From NCBI GenBank assembly GCA_045634085.1, contig JAZQZM010000015.1, positions 235 to 64,234 of the forward strand: a stretch of DNA of 64,000 bases. The letters are read 5' to 3'. A program made the translations under genes and the position numbers. Below the pieces are notes generated by a model. It ran no database searches. It saw nothing but the letters and a program-made list of their open reading frames with translations, and was not told where the DNA came from. Of the stretch, positions 18,498 through 28,379 are shown piece by piece (within the stretch, counting starts at the first letter, position 1; the number at the start of each line of letters is the position of its first letter). The DNA is from Bacteroidaceae bacterium (GTDB taxonomy: Bacteria; Bacteroidota; Bacteroidia; Bacteroidales; Bacteroidaceae).

Positions 18498-18926
18498 ATG
18501 AAAAAGATACTTGTAATTAACGGCCCTAACCTCAATATGCTTGGGTTGCGTGAACCGGCTCTCTATGGCGCAAAGGACTTTAAGGCTCTCCAGCAGTTTA
18601 TAATCTCTGCGGCAGAGGAACTCTCGTTAAATGTTGAACTGTTCCAGTCTAATCATGAGGGTGTCATTGTTGACAGGATTCAGGCTGCGTATGGTGTATT
18701 TGACGGCATACTCATTAATCCTGCTGCATACACCCATACAAGTGTGGCAATCCTAGATGCACTGAAGGCTGTGGCGTTACCGACTGTTGAGGTACACCTG
18801 ACCGATATCTCCACACGTGAGGAGTTCCGCCGTTTTTCTTATATCTCACTCTATGCGCAGAAGACTATCTGCGGCAAGGGTTTTGACGGTTACAAAGAGG
18901 GATTGGAGTATCTTGCACAATTATGA
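18498..18926 (+). CDS. aroQ: Type II 3-dehydroquinate dehydratase
   Basis: It has MKKILVINGPNLNMLGLREPALYG, SNHEG and INPAAYTHTS blocks. The start was trimmed from 18417. Confidence 0.92.
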   Translation: MKKILVINGPNLNMLGLREPALYGAKDFKALQQFIISAAEELSLNVELFQSNHEGVIVDRIQAAYGVFDGILINPAAYTHTSVAILDALKAVALPTVEVHLTDISTREEFRRFSYISLYAQKTICGKGFDGYKEGLEYLAQL

Positions 18927-20443
18927 AATTCTTCCACACATCTGCGATAAAGGAACTCGATGCCTACACCATAGAGCATGAGCCTATTGCTTCCATAGAC
19001 CTTATGGAACGTGCTGCACGTGCATTGACAGTTGCTATACTTGACCGTTATGCCGGTTGCAGCTTTGCTGTGTTCGCAGGCCCGGGTAACAATGGCGGTG
19101 ATGGCCTTGCTGTTGCACGCATGCTTGCGGCAAAGGGGTGTGACGTGGCTGTGTGGCTTATAAACCCGAAAGGAAAACTCTCGCCCGATTGTGCTGTGAA
19201 CCTTGAACGCCTGAAAGGAACCCCAGTTCTCACCAATGAGGTGCGTGGCGTCTTTGATATGCCCCAATTGGGAAGCAATACAATAATAATTGATGCTCTT
19301 TTTGGTAGCGGGCTCAATAAGCCGGTGGCCGGTTCTCTGTTTGCCGATGTGATAGACGGGATAAACGCCTTTGGTTGCCGTGTGGTGGCGGTAGACATGC
19401 CTTCGGGCCTGCTCGGCGAGAACAACCATCCGCCAAGTGGTGTGGTGGTGAATGCCGATGTCACGCTGACACTCCAGTTCCCGAAACTTTCACAGTTGAT
19501 GCCCGAGAATGCGCAGTATGTCGGCGATATGGAAATACTTGATATCGGGCTTTCAAAGGAGGGAATCGAGGAGGTGCCTTCTACGTTATATTATACCGAT
19601 GAAAAGGAGATAAAAGCATTGCTGAAGTCTCGTGGCAGGCATGCCCACAAGGGCAATTTCGGGCGCGCACTGCTGATCGCCGGTTCAAAGGGTATGGCTG
19701 GTGCCTCAGTCCTTGCTGCGCGTGCGGCTTTGCGTTCGGGTGTGGGGCTGCTCACGGTGCATGTCCCTGCTTGCAACAATGTCATTGTGCAGTCGTGTGT
19801 GCCCGAGGCGATGACGAGCATAGACAGCAATGAGTGCCGTTTCAGTGACAACATTGATGTTGCAAAGTACAATGCTGTTGCAGTCGGTCCTGGCCTTGGA
19901 CAGGGCAAGGAGAGTGAGGCTGCACTGCTCAATCTCATTGAAAACTGCACCGCACCTATGGTGCTTGATGCCGATGCCCTGAATATCCTCTCGCGCAACA
20001 AGGAGTGGCTGCAACGGTTACCGCATGGCAGCGTGCTTACGCCTCATCCGGGAGAGTTTGAACGTCTTTTCGGCAAATTCCCCGGCAGATACCATGCAAT
20101 GGAGTCGGTCCGTGCCTTGGCGCGTGACTATGGTATTGCCTTTGTGTTCAAGGGTGCATATACAACAGTAATTGCCCCCGACGGCAATCTCTATTTCAAC
20201 AGCACAGGCAACCCCGGCATGGCTACAGGTGGCAGCGGTGATGTGCTTACCGGTATTCTACTTGCTCTCTTGGCGCAAGGGTATGACTCTACCGATGCTG
20301 CACGCATTGCGGTATATGTTCATGGACTTGCCGGCGATATTGCCGTGGCCGGAAAAGGCGAGACTGCGCTTGTTGCGGGTGATATTGTCGAATGCCTGCC
20401 GCATGCGTGGCGGTCACTTGAAAGAAAGGAGGCTGTGCGATGA
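18923..20443 (+). CDS. nnr: Bifunctional NAD(P)H-hydrate epimerase / ADP-dependent dehydratase
   Basis: An N-terminal YjeF_N block (GPGNNGGDG) is combined with a C-terminal carbohydrate-kinase-like block (GGSGDVLTG). Confidence 0.9.
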   Translation: MKFFHTSAIKELDAYTIEHEPIASIDLMERAARALTVAILDRYAGCSFAVFAGPGNNGGDGLAVARMLAAKGCDVAVWLINPKGKLSPDCAVNLERLKGTPVLTNEVRGVFDMPQLGSNTIIIDALFGSGLNKPVAGSLFADVIDGINAFGCRVVAVDMPSGLLGENNHPPSGVVVNADVTLTLQFPKLSQLMPENAQYVGDMEILDIGLSKEGIEEVPSTLYYTDEKEIKALLKSRGRHAHKGNFGRALLIAGSKGMAGASVLAARAALRSGVGLLTVHVPACNNVIVQSCVPEAMTSIDSNECRFSDNIDVAKYNAVAVGPGLGQGKESEAALLNLIENCTAPMVLDADALNILSRNKEWLQRLPHGSVLTPHPGEFERLFGKFPGRYHAMESVRALARDYGIAFVFKGAYTTVIAPDGNLYFNSTGNPGMATGGSGDVLTGILLALLAQGYDSTDAARIAVYVHGLAGDIAVAGKGETALVAGDIVECLPHAWRSLERKEAVR

Positions 20444-21396
20444 GACCTCTCCAGTTCCTGCGCGACTGGTCGCTACCCATTGCGATGTTGGGCGGCGCCT
20501 CGGCCTATCTTTTCTATCGTGAACTTCCTTTGGCCGAAGGTACCGGTAATCTTGTGTCGGAAATAGTCTCATTTCTGCAACCAACACTCATATTTACAAT
20601 GCTTTTTGTCACCTTCTGCAAGGTGCGTATAAAAGAGCTCAGGCCTACACGCTGGCATCTGTGGCTGTTGCTGTTCCAGATGCTGCTGTTCATTGTCATC
20701 TCTGTGATTATAGGAACATTCCGTGGAATGTCACCTGCGGTAAGGGTACTCCTTGAGGCTGCCATGATGTGTTTTGTGTGTCCCACTGCAACAGCTGCAG
20801 CCGTGATAACATCCAGACTCGGTGGAAACTCTGCCTCGCTGATATCGTATACCATGCAGATAAACATTGCGGTGGCGCTTGTGGCTCCACTGTTCCTTGC
20901 TTACTCACACCCGGTAGAGGGCATGTCATTGGGCAGTTCCTTTGTCATAATTTTAGGAAAGGTCTTTCCATTGCTGCTGCTCCCGTTGTTGTGCGCTTCG
21001 CTGGTACGCAGGTTCCTGCCTAAGGTACATGGATGGATGGTGACAAAAGGGCGAGACTTGCCGTTCTATCTCTGGCTTGTGGCTTTGTCGCTTGCCATTG
21101 CCATGACCACAAGAGCGATAGTCCATTCACATCTCTCCCTGCTTGTCATGGCCGGCATTGCCGTGGTGTCGCTTGTGTGCTGTCTGGTGCAGTTTGCCGT
21201 GGGGCGCCGCATTGGGGCGCGTTATGGCGAGGTGATTGCCGCGGGGCAGTCATTGGGACAGAAGAACACCGTCTTTGCCATCTGGTTTGCCTATACTTTC
21301 CTGACTCCGGTTACCGCCATCGCCGGTGGTTTCTACTCCGTGTGGCACAATCTTGTAAATACCTGGCAACTCTACAGGCACAGACGCGGGAACTGA
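20440..21396 (+). CDS. Polytopic membrane transporter, SBF-like (bile acid:Na+ symporter fold)
   Basis: It has about 9-10 hydrophobic segments. The blocks CPTATAAAVITSRLGGNSA and GQKNTVFA resemble BASS-family signatures. The substrate is unknown. Confidence 0.55.
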   Translation: MRPLQFLRDWSLPIAMLGGASAYLFYRELPLAEGTGNLVSEIVSFLQPTLIFTMLFVTFCKVRIKELRPTRWHLWLLLFQMLLFIVISVIIGTFRGMSPAVRVLLEAAMMCFVCPTATAAAVITSRLGGNSASLISYTMQINIAVALVAPLFLAYSHPVEGMSLGSSFVIILGKVFPLLLLPLLCASLVRRFLPKVHGWMVTKGRDLPFYLWLVALSLAIAMTTRAIVHSHLSLLVMAGIAVVSLVCCLVQFAVGRRIGARYGEVIAAGQSLGQKNTVFAIWFAYTFLTPVTAIAGGFYSVWHNLVNTWQLYRHRRGN

Positions 21397-21446
21397 TGTT
21401 GCTGCTTAAAGGATGTTTGATGTAAAAATGGGGCTCTCGGACAGTA

Positions 21447-24400
21447 TCAGCACTGTCCGGCAATGATGCTGTGGTTGCGTATCTCCTCGATGAAAGCAAG
21501 TGCCGTCTCTACATTTTTTACGTTTTCAACGGTGATTATGCAGCGTCCGTCGCCCTCGCGCACCTTGCAGTTGAATGAACTTGTAGGGATGTAGCTCATT
21601 ATTGTACCGAATGTCTCGCTTGTGTAGTAACGTTCGTTACGGGTGTCGACAAGGAACAGGTTCATCCTGCCGCCTTTCAGGTAGATTTTCTCTACTCCAA
21701 GGCTCTGGGCTTTGCGGCGCAGGGTGACCATACGTATGAGTTCCTCGCCTTCGGGCGGTATCTTACCGAAACGGTCGCGCAGGCGTGCCTTGAAGGGTTC
21801 TATGTCCCTCGGTTCGGTTATAGAGTCTAGTTCGCGGTAAAGCAGGATGCGTTCGTTGCTGTCGGGGACATATATGGCCGGGAACAGCAGTTCAAGGTCA
21901 CTCTCTACGAAACACTCCTTCACATAGCGGTCTGTCTCGCTGCTGCTCTCTTCCTCCTCCTGTGTGAGTATGTCGCCGAACTCCTCCTCCTTGATTTCGC
22001 GTACGGCTTCGGCAAGAATCTTCTGGTATGTCTCATAACCCAAGTCGGCAATGAATCCGCTCTGTTCGGCACCCAACAGGTTTCCGGCTCCTCGTATGTC
22101 AAGGTCCTGCATGGCTATGTGCATTCCGCTGCCCAGTTCACTGAAACTCTCGATAGCCTCAAGACGTCGGCGGGCATCGGTGGGCAGGTTCTCTCTTGGT
22201 GGCGTGAGCATGTAGCAGAAGGCCTTGCGCTTGCCACGTCCTACGCGTCCACGCATCTGGTGCAGGTCACTCAAACCGAAGTTCTGCGCCTGGTTTATGA
22301 TGATGGTGTTCACGTTCGGTATATTGATTCCGTTCTCTACAATTGAAGTAGCGATGAGTACGTCATAATCATGGTTTATGAACTCATACAGTGTCTTCTC
22401 AAGCGCCGCGGGTTCCATCTGTCCATGTCCGGTGCACACTCTGGCATCGGGTACATGCTGTCTTATGAGTCTTGCCAGTTCATCCATTCCCGATATGCGG
22501 TTGGTTATTAGGAATACCTGGCCGTTGCGGCTGAGCTCGAAGCTGATGGCTTCCTTTATTACTTCGGCATTGAAGGTCTGTATCTCGGTATGTATGGGGT
22601 AGCGGTTTGGCGGCGGTGTCTGTATCATGGAGAGGTCGCGCGCGCCCATAATTGAGAACTGCAGGGTACGCGGGATGGGTGTTGCTGTCATGGTAAGCGT
22701 GTCCACATTCACCTTGAACTGGCGCAGCTTCTCCTTTACGGCAACGCCGAACTTCTGCTCCTCGTCAATAATGAGCAGTCCCAGGTCCTTGAACTTGACC
22801 TCCTTGCTTGTGAGTTTGTGGGTACCAATGACAATATCTACCTTACCCTCCTTTATCTCTTCGATAATCTTCTTGGTTGTTGCTGCACTGCGTGCTCGGC
22901 TAAGGTACTCGATGTTGCATGGGAAATCCTTCAGGCGTTCCTTGAATGTGAGATAGTGCTGGTAGGCAAGTACGGTTGTGGGTACCAGTACGGCAACCTG
23001 TTTGCCGTCCGTAGCGGCCTTGAAAGCGGCGCGTATTGCGACCTCGGTCTTGCCGAATCCTACATCGCCGCATATCAGACGGTCCATGGGACGTTTGCGT
23101 TCCATGTCGCGCTTCACTTCGTTTGTGGCTTTCAGCTGGTCGGGGGTGTCTTCGTATATGAAGCTTGCCTCAAGTTCGTTCTGCAGATAACTGTCGGGTG
23201 AGAATGCGAATCCCTCCTCCTTGTGACGCTGCGAATAGAGCTTTATGAGGTCGCGGGCAATGTCCTTTATCTTCTTCTTTGTCCTCTCCTTGATTCGTTC
23301 CCAGGCTCCTGTGCCGAGTTTGTTCACAGCAGGCGGCTCGCCCTCCTTGCCGCGGTACTTTGAAATCTTGTGCAGGTTGTGGATTGAGACGAACACGACG
23401 TCGTCATTCTTATATATGAGTTTGATGGCTTCCTGTGTAGAGTTGCCGCTGGGGATGCGCACCAGACCTCCGAACTTGCCCACGCCATGATCAATGTGCA
23501 CGATGTAATCGCCAATGCCGAACTCCTTGAGCTCCTTTATGGTAAGTGCAACCTTGCCGTTGCGTGCACGGTCGCTGCGCAGGCGGAAATTGTGGAATCG
23601 GCCGAACAACTGGTGGTCGGTGAAAAGGGCAATCTTCAGAATATTGTCGCAGAATCCCTCGTGTATTGTGTGCCCTATTGGTGTGAAAGGGATTTCATCG
23701 CCGCGTTCCTCGAATATGGCTTTCAGGCGTTCTGCCTGATGAAGGTCGTCGGTGAGCAGGAACAGTCTGTATCCTTTTTCGATGTACTCTTTGAAGTTGC
23801 GGCTTACAAGGTCAAAATCCTTGTGGAAAAGCGGTTGCAGTGATGTGCTGAACTTCACTTTCGTGTTTGCACTGTTCATGCTGCGCAGTTCCCAATGCTT
23901 TACACTTTTGGCAAAAGTCTCAACCTCGACAGCCGACATCAGTTCGGGCATCTCAGGTAATTCACTTTCTGATAGCCTTGCCTGCAGTGTGAACCCCTCG
24001 TTGCGCAGCTTCTCAATGCTTCCCTTTACAAAATCAATATCCTTTGTTATGAATATACTGTTCTTTGGCAGGAACGAAGTTATCGAAACTGTCTCTTTGC
24101 CTGTCACTTTGGGCACTATGCTTGCCTCCTCCGTGCGTTCTCTTGAGAGCTGGCTCTCGACCTCGAATGTCCTTATGCTCTCGACCTCGTCTCCAAAGAA
24201 GTCAATGCGGTAAGGAAATTCCGATGAAAAGGAGAAAATATCGATGAGGCTTCCTCGCATTGCGAACTCGCCCGGCTCGTATACGTATGTCACTTCCTTG
24301 AACTTCAGTGCCGTCAGGCGCTTCTCCACCTCCTCGCGGCTTATTCGGTCTCCCAAGGCAATTGAGAGGGTCTTCTCTTCAAGGTCGCCCTGCGATGCTA

Positions 24401-24833
24401 CCTTCTCGGCAAGAGCTTCGGGGTGTGTGACTATCACAAGCCCCTCTTTGCGGCGGCGGTTGATAAGGCGGCTCATTACCTCGGTGCGCAGAATGCGGTT
24501 GGCATCATCCTCCTGTCCGTATTTCATCGCACGGCGGAACGATGACGGGAAAAACAGTATGTTGCTGTCGTTTGATATCTGCATCATGTCGTGGTAGAAA
24601 TAACCGGCCTCTTCGGCATCGTTCATTACCACAAGCATGGTCTGTCCGGGGGCTCTCTGTTTGAGACCGCATAGCGTCATTGCCGCGCTGCTGCCCAACA
24701 ATCCCTCGAGAAAGGCATGCTTCCTGCCCCCCTCTTCACGCAGCTGCATCAGGGCGTCTACACCCGGGTGCTGTGCATATATGTGCTGAATCTCTTTCGG
24801 TTCCATTGTCAACAATAGCGCGAAATTAATCAT
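21447..24833 (-). CDS. mfd: Transcription-repair coupling factor
   Basis: This 1128-aa protein has helicase motifs GDVGFGKTEV and DEEQKFGV and a C-terminal TRCF domain. The start could instead be at 24806. Confidence 0.95.
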   Translation of the reverse strand: MINFALLLTMEPKEIQHIYAQHPGVDALMQLREEGGRKHAFLEGLLGSSAAMTLCGLKQRAPGQTMLVVMNDAEEAGYFYHDMMQISNDSNILFFPSSFRRAMKYGQEDDANRILRTEVMSRLINRRRKEGLVIVTHPEALAEKVASQGDLEEKTLSIALGDRISREEVEKRLTALKFKEVTYVYEPGEFAMRGSLIDIFSFSSEFPYRIDFFGDEVESIRTFEVESQLSRERTEEASIVPKVTGKETVSITSFLPKNSIFITKDIDFVKGSIEKLRNEGFTLQARLSESELPEMPELMSAVEVETFAKSVKHWELRSMNSANTKVKFSTSLQPLFHKDFDLVSRNFKEYIEKGYRLFLLTDDLHQAERLKAIFEERGDEIPFTPIGHTIHEGFCDNILKIALFTDHQLFGRFHNFRLRSDRARNGKVALTIKELKEFGIGDYIVHIDHGVGKFGGLVRIPSGNSTQEAIKLIYKNDDVVFVSIHNLHKISKYRGKEGEPPAVNKLGTGAWERIKERTKKKIKDIARDLIKLYSQRHKEEGFAFSPDSYLQNELEASFIYEDTPDQLKATNEVKRDMERKRPMDRLICGDVGFGKTEVAIRAAFKAATDGKQVAVLVPTTVLAYQHYLTFKERLKDFPCNIEYLSRARSAATTKKIIEEIKEGKVDIVIGTHKLTSKEVKFKDLGLLIIDEEQKFGVAVKEKLRQFKVNVDTLTMTATPIPRTLQFSIMGARDLSMIQTPPPNRYPIHTEIQTFNAEVIKEAISFELSRNGQVFLITNRISGMDELARLIRQHVPDARVCTGHGQMEPAALEKTLYEFINHDYDVLIATSIVENGINIPNVNTIIINQAQNFGLSDLHQMRGRVGRGKRKAFCYMLTPPRENLPTDARRRLEAIESFSELGSGMHIAMQDLDIRGAGNLLGAEQSGFIADLGYETYQKILAEAVREIKEEEFGDILTQEEEESSSETDRYVKECFVESDLELLFPAIYVPDSNERILLYRELDSITEPRDIEPFKARLRDRFGKIPPEGEELIRMVTLRRKAQSLGVEKIYLKGGRMNLFLVDTRNERYYTSETFGTIMSYIPTSSFNCKVREGDGRCIITVENVKNVETALAFIEEIRNHSIIAGQC

Positions 24834-24922
24834 TTCTCCGCAATAAAGAAAACAAAAACATGTTGCTTGGTATTATAATGCTATAAATTTTCTTAAAAAC
24901 GGCATTGAATGATTTATTGTTG

Positions 24923-24930
24923 TATATTTG
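24923..24930 (+). promoter_or_regulatory. -7 promoter box (TAnnTTTG)
   Basis: TATATTTG lies 34 nt upstream of the ATG at 24964. Confidence 0.5.
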
Positions 24931-24963
24931 CATTTAGCGTTATTCTAGCAGGTATATTGATTT

Positions 24964-25377
24964 ATGGAGAAATACAGTTTTGAATACGAGATGAAGGTGC
25001 GCGACTACGAGTGCGACATTCAAGGCGTGGTGAACAATGCCAACTATCAGCATTATATGGAACATGCCCGTCATGAGTTCCTGGAGACGTTCGGAGTGAG
25101 TTTCAGTGCTTTGCACGAGAAGGGGATAGACCTCATGGTGGCAAAAGTCGCCATTGAATACAAACGTCCTTTGCGTGGCGGTGACAGGTTCGCAGTGCGC
25201 ATAAACATGGTTCGCAAGGGTGCGAAACTGGTGATGCTGCAGGATATATACAATCTTGAGAGCAATGTCCTTTCGGCAAAAGGTGAGATAGATGTCGTAT
25301 GCCTGAAGGGCGGACGTCTCACACGTGGCGAGATTTTTGACGAACTGTTCAAGGATTACTTCAAAAGCAATATCTGA
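24964..25377 (+). CDS. Acyl-CoA thioesterase, 4HBT/YbgC family
   Basis: At 137 aa it is hot-dog-fold size and has the block VRDYECDIQGVVNNANY. Confidence 0.8.
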   Translation: MEKYSFEYEMKVRDYECDIQGVVNNANYQHYMEHARHEFLETFGVSFSALHEKGIDLMVAKVAIEYKRPLRGGDRFAVRINMVRKGAKLVMLQDIYNLESNVLSAKGEIDVVCLKGGRLTRGEIFDELFKDYFKSNI

Positions 25378-25378
25378 T

Positions 25379-25747
25379 ATGGAGACTCTTATTTCATTGG
25401 TGATATTCGGTGTGATATACTCGTTGGTATATGTTGTCAAGCATAAGCTTCCGAAAATTCAAGGTGATGAACCTGATGAAGTAATGGATGAACCTTTTCA
25501 GCAGACATATATGCCTGAGCCCGAGACTATTGCTCCTGCCGTCACAAAAAAGAAGGATGCCGGCAATAGAAAGAGGCCGTTGCTGTATGGCGAGGGCAAA
25601 GCGGCTGGGAACAAGGAACACCGTTCTACATACGATTCGTCGGTCGAAAATGAGTTGCCCAAAGGCAAACGCTTCAGCATCGGTAACAGATCTGAGGCAA
25701 AACGCGCATTCATATATTCCGAGATTTTCAACAGGAAATATCAGTAA
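25379..25747 (+). CDS. Small membrane-anchored hypothetical protein
   Basis: It has an N-terminal TM segment (METLISLVIFGVIYSLVYVV), a charged linker and a C-terminal AKRAFIYSEIFNRKY block. The start lies immediately after the thioesterase stop. Confidence 0.55.
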   Translation: METLISLVIFGVIYSLVYVVKHKLPKIQGDEPDEVMDEPFQQTYMPEPETIAPAVTKKKDAGNRKRPLLYGEGKAAGNKEHRSTYDSSVENELPKGKRFSIGNRSEAKRAFIYSEIFNRKYQ

Positions 25748-25792
25748 GTATTTATAAGTTCAGGATTTACAGACATTAAAAAAAGAGACGAT

Positions 25793-27280
25793 ATGAGCTA
25801 CCCTATTATCACAGCCCAAGAGGCTGCTGGCTACATAAAGAACGGGTATGGTGTAGGCATTAGTGGTTTTACCCTTTCGGGAACCCCCAAGACGGTGTTG
25901 CCCGAGGTTGCAAGGATTGCCGAGGAGGAGCATGCTGCAGGCAGGCCATTCAAGATAAACCTTTTTACAGGCGCATCGACTGGCGATGCCATTGATGGCA
26001 TGCTTACACGTGCCAAGGCTTTGAACTTCAGAGCTCCGTTCATCTCGAATCCGGTGGTGCGTGAAGCTATCAACAATAAGGAGATTGAGTATGCCGACCT
26101 TCATCTCTCCCTCATGGCACAGGACCTGCGTTATGGTTATCTAGGGAAGGTGGATGTAGCGATACTTGAGGCGATAGATATAACTCCCGACGGCAAGGTG
26201 TATCTTACCACTGCTGGTGGAATAGGTCAGACTGTGGCGAATCTTGCCGACAAAATTATAATTGAACGCAATACGTATCATCATACCATGGGGCTGCACG
26301 ATGTGTATGAACCCCTTGACCCTCCGTACCGCAGGGATATTCCAATCTATAATGCCGCCGACAGGGTGGGTAAACCATATGTTCAGGTCGACCCCAAGAA
26401 GGTCGTGGGTATCGTGGAGGTGTATTTGCCCAACGAACAGGTGGTTTTCAAGGAACTGGACCCCGTTACGCGCAAGATTGGTGAGAATGTCGTAGGTTTT
26501 ATACTTAATGACATGAAGCGTGGAATAATTCCTGCAACGGGACTGCCAATTCAGAGCGGTATCGGTAATGTGGCCAATGCCGTTCTCAAGGCTCTTGAGA
26601 ACTGTGCGGAATTGCCGGCACTTGACCTCTATTCCGAGGTGCTTCAGGATTCTGTTATCGACCTCATGGAGCACGGGCGTATAAAAGCCGGCAGTACATG
26701 TTCGCTTTCACTCAGTCAGGAATGCTTGCAGCAAGTGTATGATAACCTTGATTTCTTCCGAGACCGGCTCATTTTGCGTCCGTCCGAAATATCGAATCAT
26801 CCCGAAATCATACGTCGTCTGGGTATAATTGCCATGAATACAGCCATTGCTGTCGATCTGTACGGTTGTGTCAACTCATCACACATTGGGGGAACACGCC
26901 TTATGAACGGCATTGGTGGTTCGGGAGACTTTGCACGTAATGCGTATGTTTCAATATTCATGTGTCCGTCAACGCAGAAGGGCGGTGCCGTGAGTTCTAT
27001 TGTGCCTATGGTTACGCATGCCGATCACACTGAGCATGATGTAAGGGTTGTCGTGACGGAGTGGGGTGTTGCCGATTTGCGTGGCAAGGGACCCGATGAA
27101 CGTGCACGTCTGCTTATAGAGAATTGTGCCCACCCCGATTACCGTAATCTGCTTTGGGATTATCTCAAGATTTCAAAGAACGGTCACGTGTCGCACAATG
27201 TGGCTGCGGCTTTGGCTTTGAATACCGCATATGAACGTGAGGGTGACATGCGTAAAATTGATTGGAGCAAGTATATATGA
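25793..27280 (+). CDS. Acetyl-CoA hydrolase/transferase family enzyme (succinate/propionate CoA-transferase type)
   Basis: This 495-aa protein has a LMNGIGGSGDF block and the overall layout of the Cat1/ScpC family. Confidence 0.85.
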   Translation: MSYPIITAQEAAGYIKNGYGVGISGFTLSGTPKTVLPEVARIAEEEHAAGRPFKINLFTGASTGDAIDGMLTRAKALNFRAPFISNPVVREAINNKEIEYADLHLSLMAQDLRYGYLGKVDVAILEAIDITPDGKVYLTTAGGIGQTVANLADKIIIERNTYHHTMGLHDVYEPLDPPYRRDIPIYNAADRVGKPYVQVDPKKVVGIVEVYLPNEQVVFKELDPVTRKIGENVVGFILNDMKRGIIPATGLPIQSGIGNVANAVLKALENCAELPALDLYSEVLQDSVIDLMEHGRIKAGSTCSLSLSQECLQQVYDNLDFFRDRLILRPSEISNHPEIIRRLGIIAMNTAIAVDLYGCVNSSHIGGTRLMNGIGGSGDFARNAYVSIFMCPSTQKGGAVSSIVPMVTHADHTEHDVRVVVTEWGVADLRGKGPDERARLLIENCAHPDYRNLLWDYLKISKNGHVSHNVAAALALNTAYEREGDMRKIDWSKYI

Positions 27281-27816
27281 ACAGGAAAAAACTTGTAACC
27301 GAAATGGGGCGCATCGACCGTGATGCCTTTACCAAAGCCGATAAATTACCGTTGGTGGTGGTGCTTGACAATGTGCGTAGCCTGCATAATGTAGGTTCTG
27401 TGTTCCGCACCGGTGATGCATTCAGGGTAGAACGCATTGTGCTTTGCGGAATAACAGCTACTCCACCGAGTGCCGAGATACACAAGACTGCACTTGGAGC
27501 AGAGGATGTCGTCGAATGGCAGTACTTCGAGTCGACGATGGATGCTGTTGCTGCATTGCGTAACGATGGGTTCAGTGTATTTTCAATTGAACAATGCGAG
27601 GGTAGTATCGCACTACAGGATTTTGCGGCGGCTCCCGGTCGGCGCTATGCTGTCGTTCTTGGCAATGAGGTGAAGGGGGTGCAGCAGGCGGTCGTCGATG
27701 CTTCAGACGGCGCGATAGAGATTCCGCAGTTTGGTACAAAGCATTCGCTTAACGTGTCGGTAACGGCTGGAATGGTCATATGGGAGTTTGCCAAGAAACT
27801 TGGTCTTGTGCAGTAA
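27277..27816 (+). CDS. TrmH/SpoU-family RNA 2'-O-methyltransferase
   Basis: It has the motifs NVGSVFRTGDAF, VLGNEVKGV and IPQFGTKHSLNVSVTAG. Its start overlaps the upstream stop as ATGA. Confidence 0.85.
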   Translation: MNRKKLVTEMGRIDRDAFTKADKLPLVVVLDNVRSLHNVGSVFRTGDAFRVERIVLCGITATPPSAEIHKTALGAEDVVEWQYFESTMDAVAALRNDGFSVFSIEQCEGSIALQDFAAAPGRRYAVVLGNEVKGVQQAVVDASDGAIEIPQFGTKHSLNVSVTAGMVIWEFAKKLGLVQ

Positions 27817-27841
27817 TTTCAAAGATTTTGTGATGTAGATT

Positions 27842-28213
27842 ATGGGAAGAAACAAATTTTCACAGCGTGAGATAGGTATTATACGCAAACTGCTCGGTCA
27901 GAAGATGGTGGTCAGCCGGGGTGCCCAGAAGATGGTGCGCCATACTCTGCGTACGGTATTCGAGTTCAATATTTCCGACTTCAATGTTCAGGGAAAGGCT
28001 TTCGGGCCGCTTGATCTTGACGAGTGTGTGCGTAGGGGGAGGATTCATATTCTTGATGAGGCTACAATTGAAGCCATGAAACTGCGTCATGCCGAGAAGA
28101 AACGTCATGAGGAGTCCCTTGACCAGGCCGAGGCTATTGCCAATGGTGAGGTTGTTGACTGGCAGAAGGTGCTCGAGGAGTGGAACGAGTATTATAAGAA
28201 TAATCCAGAGTAA
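27842..28213 (+). CDS. Hypothetical cytoplasmic protein (123 aa)
   Basis: The ORF has normal coding appearance and a hairpin downstream. I recognised no motif. Confidence 0.5.
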   Translation: MGRNKFSQREIGIIRKLLGQKMVVSRGAQKMVRHTLRTVFEFNISDFNVQGKAFGPLDLDECVRRGRIHILDEATIEAMKLRHAEKKRHEESLDQAEAIANGEVVDWQKVLEEWNEYYKNNPE

Positions 28214-28234
28214 CTCGTTGAAGGCTTGTGAAAT

Positions 28235-28278
28235 AATAGACATGGGAGGGTGTGTGTGCATGCTCTCCCATGTCTATT
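28235..28278 (+). terminator. Hairpin, possible terminator
   Basis: A 14-bp stem AATAGACATGGGAG / CTCCCATGTCTATT encloses a 16-nt loop. The T tract is weak. Confidence 0.4.
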
Positions 28279-28333
28279 TCAATGGATTGTCCTAAAAAAG
28301 GTTGTCGTTAGTGGATATATGACAAAAAATGAG

Positions 28334-28341
28334 TACCTTTG
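28334..28341 (+). promoter_or_regulatory. -7 promoter box (TAnnTTTG)
   Basis: TACCTTTG lies 39 nt upstream of the ATG at 28380. Confidence 0.45.
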
Positions 28342-28379
28342 CCGGGTATTTATTATAAAATAATAATATTATATATACT

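Noticed and set aside
21438-21459. Hairpin CGGACAGT / ACTGTCCG at the 3' end of mfd.
   Set aside because: It overlaps the mfd stop codon and lacks a U tract on either strand. It may be a weak bidirectional terminator, but the evidence is too thin to list it as a feature.
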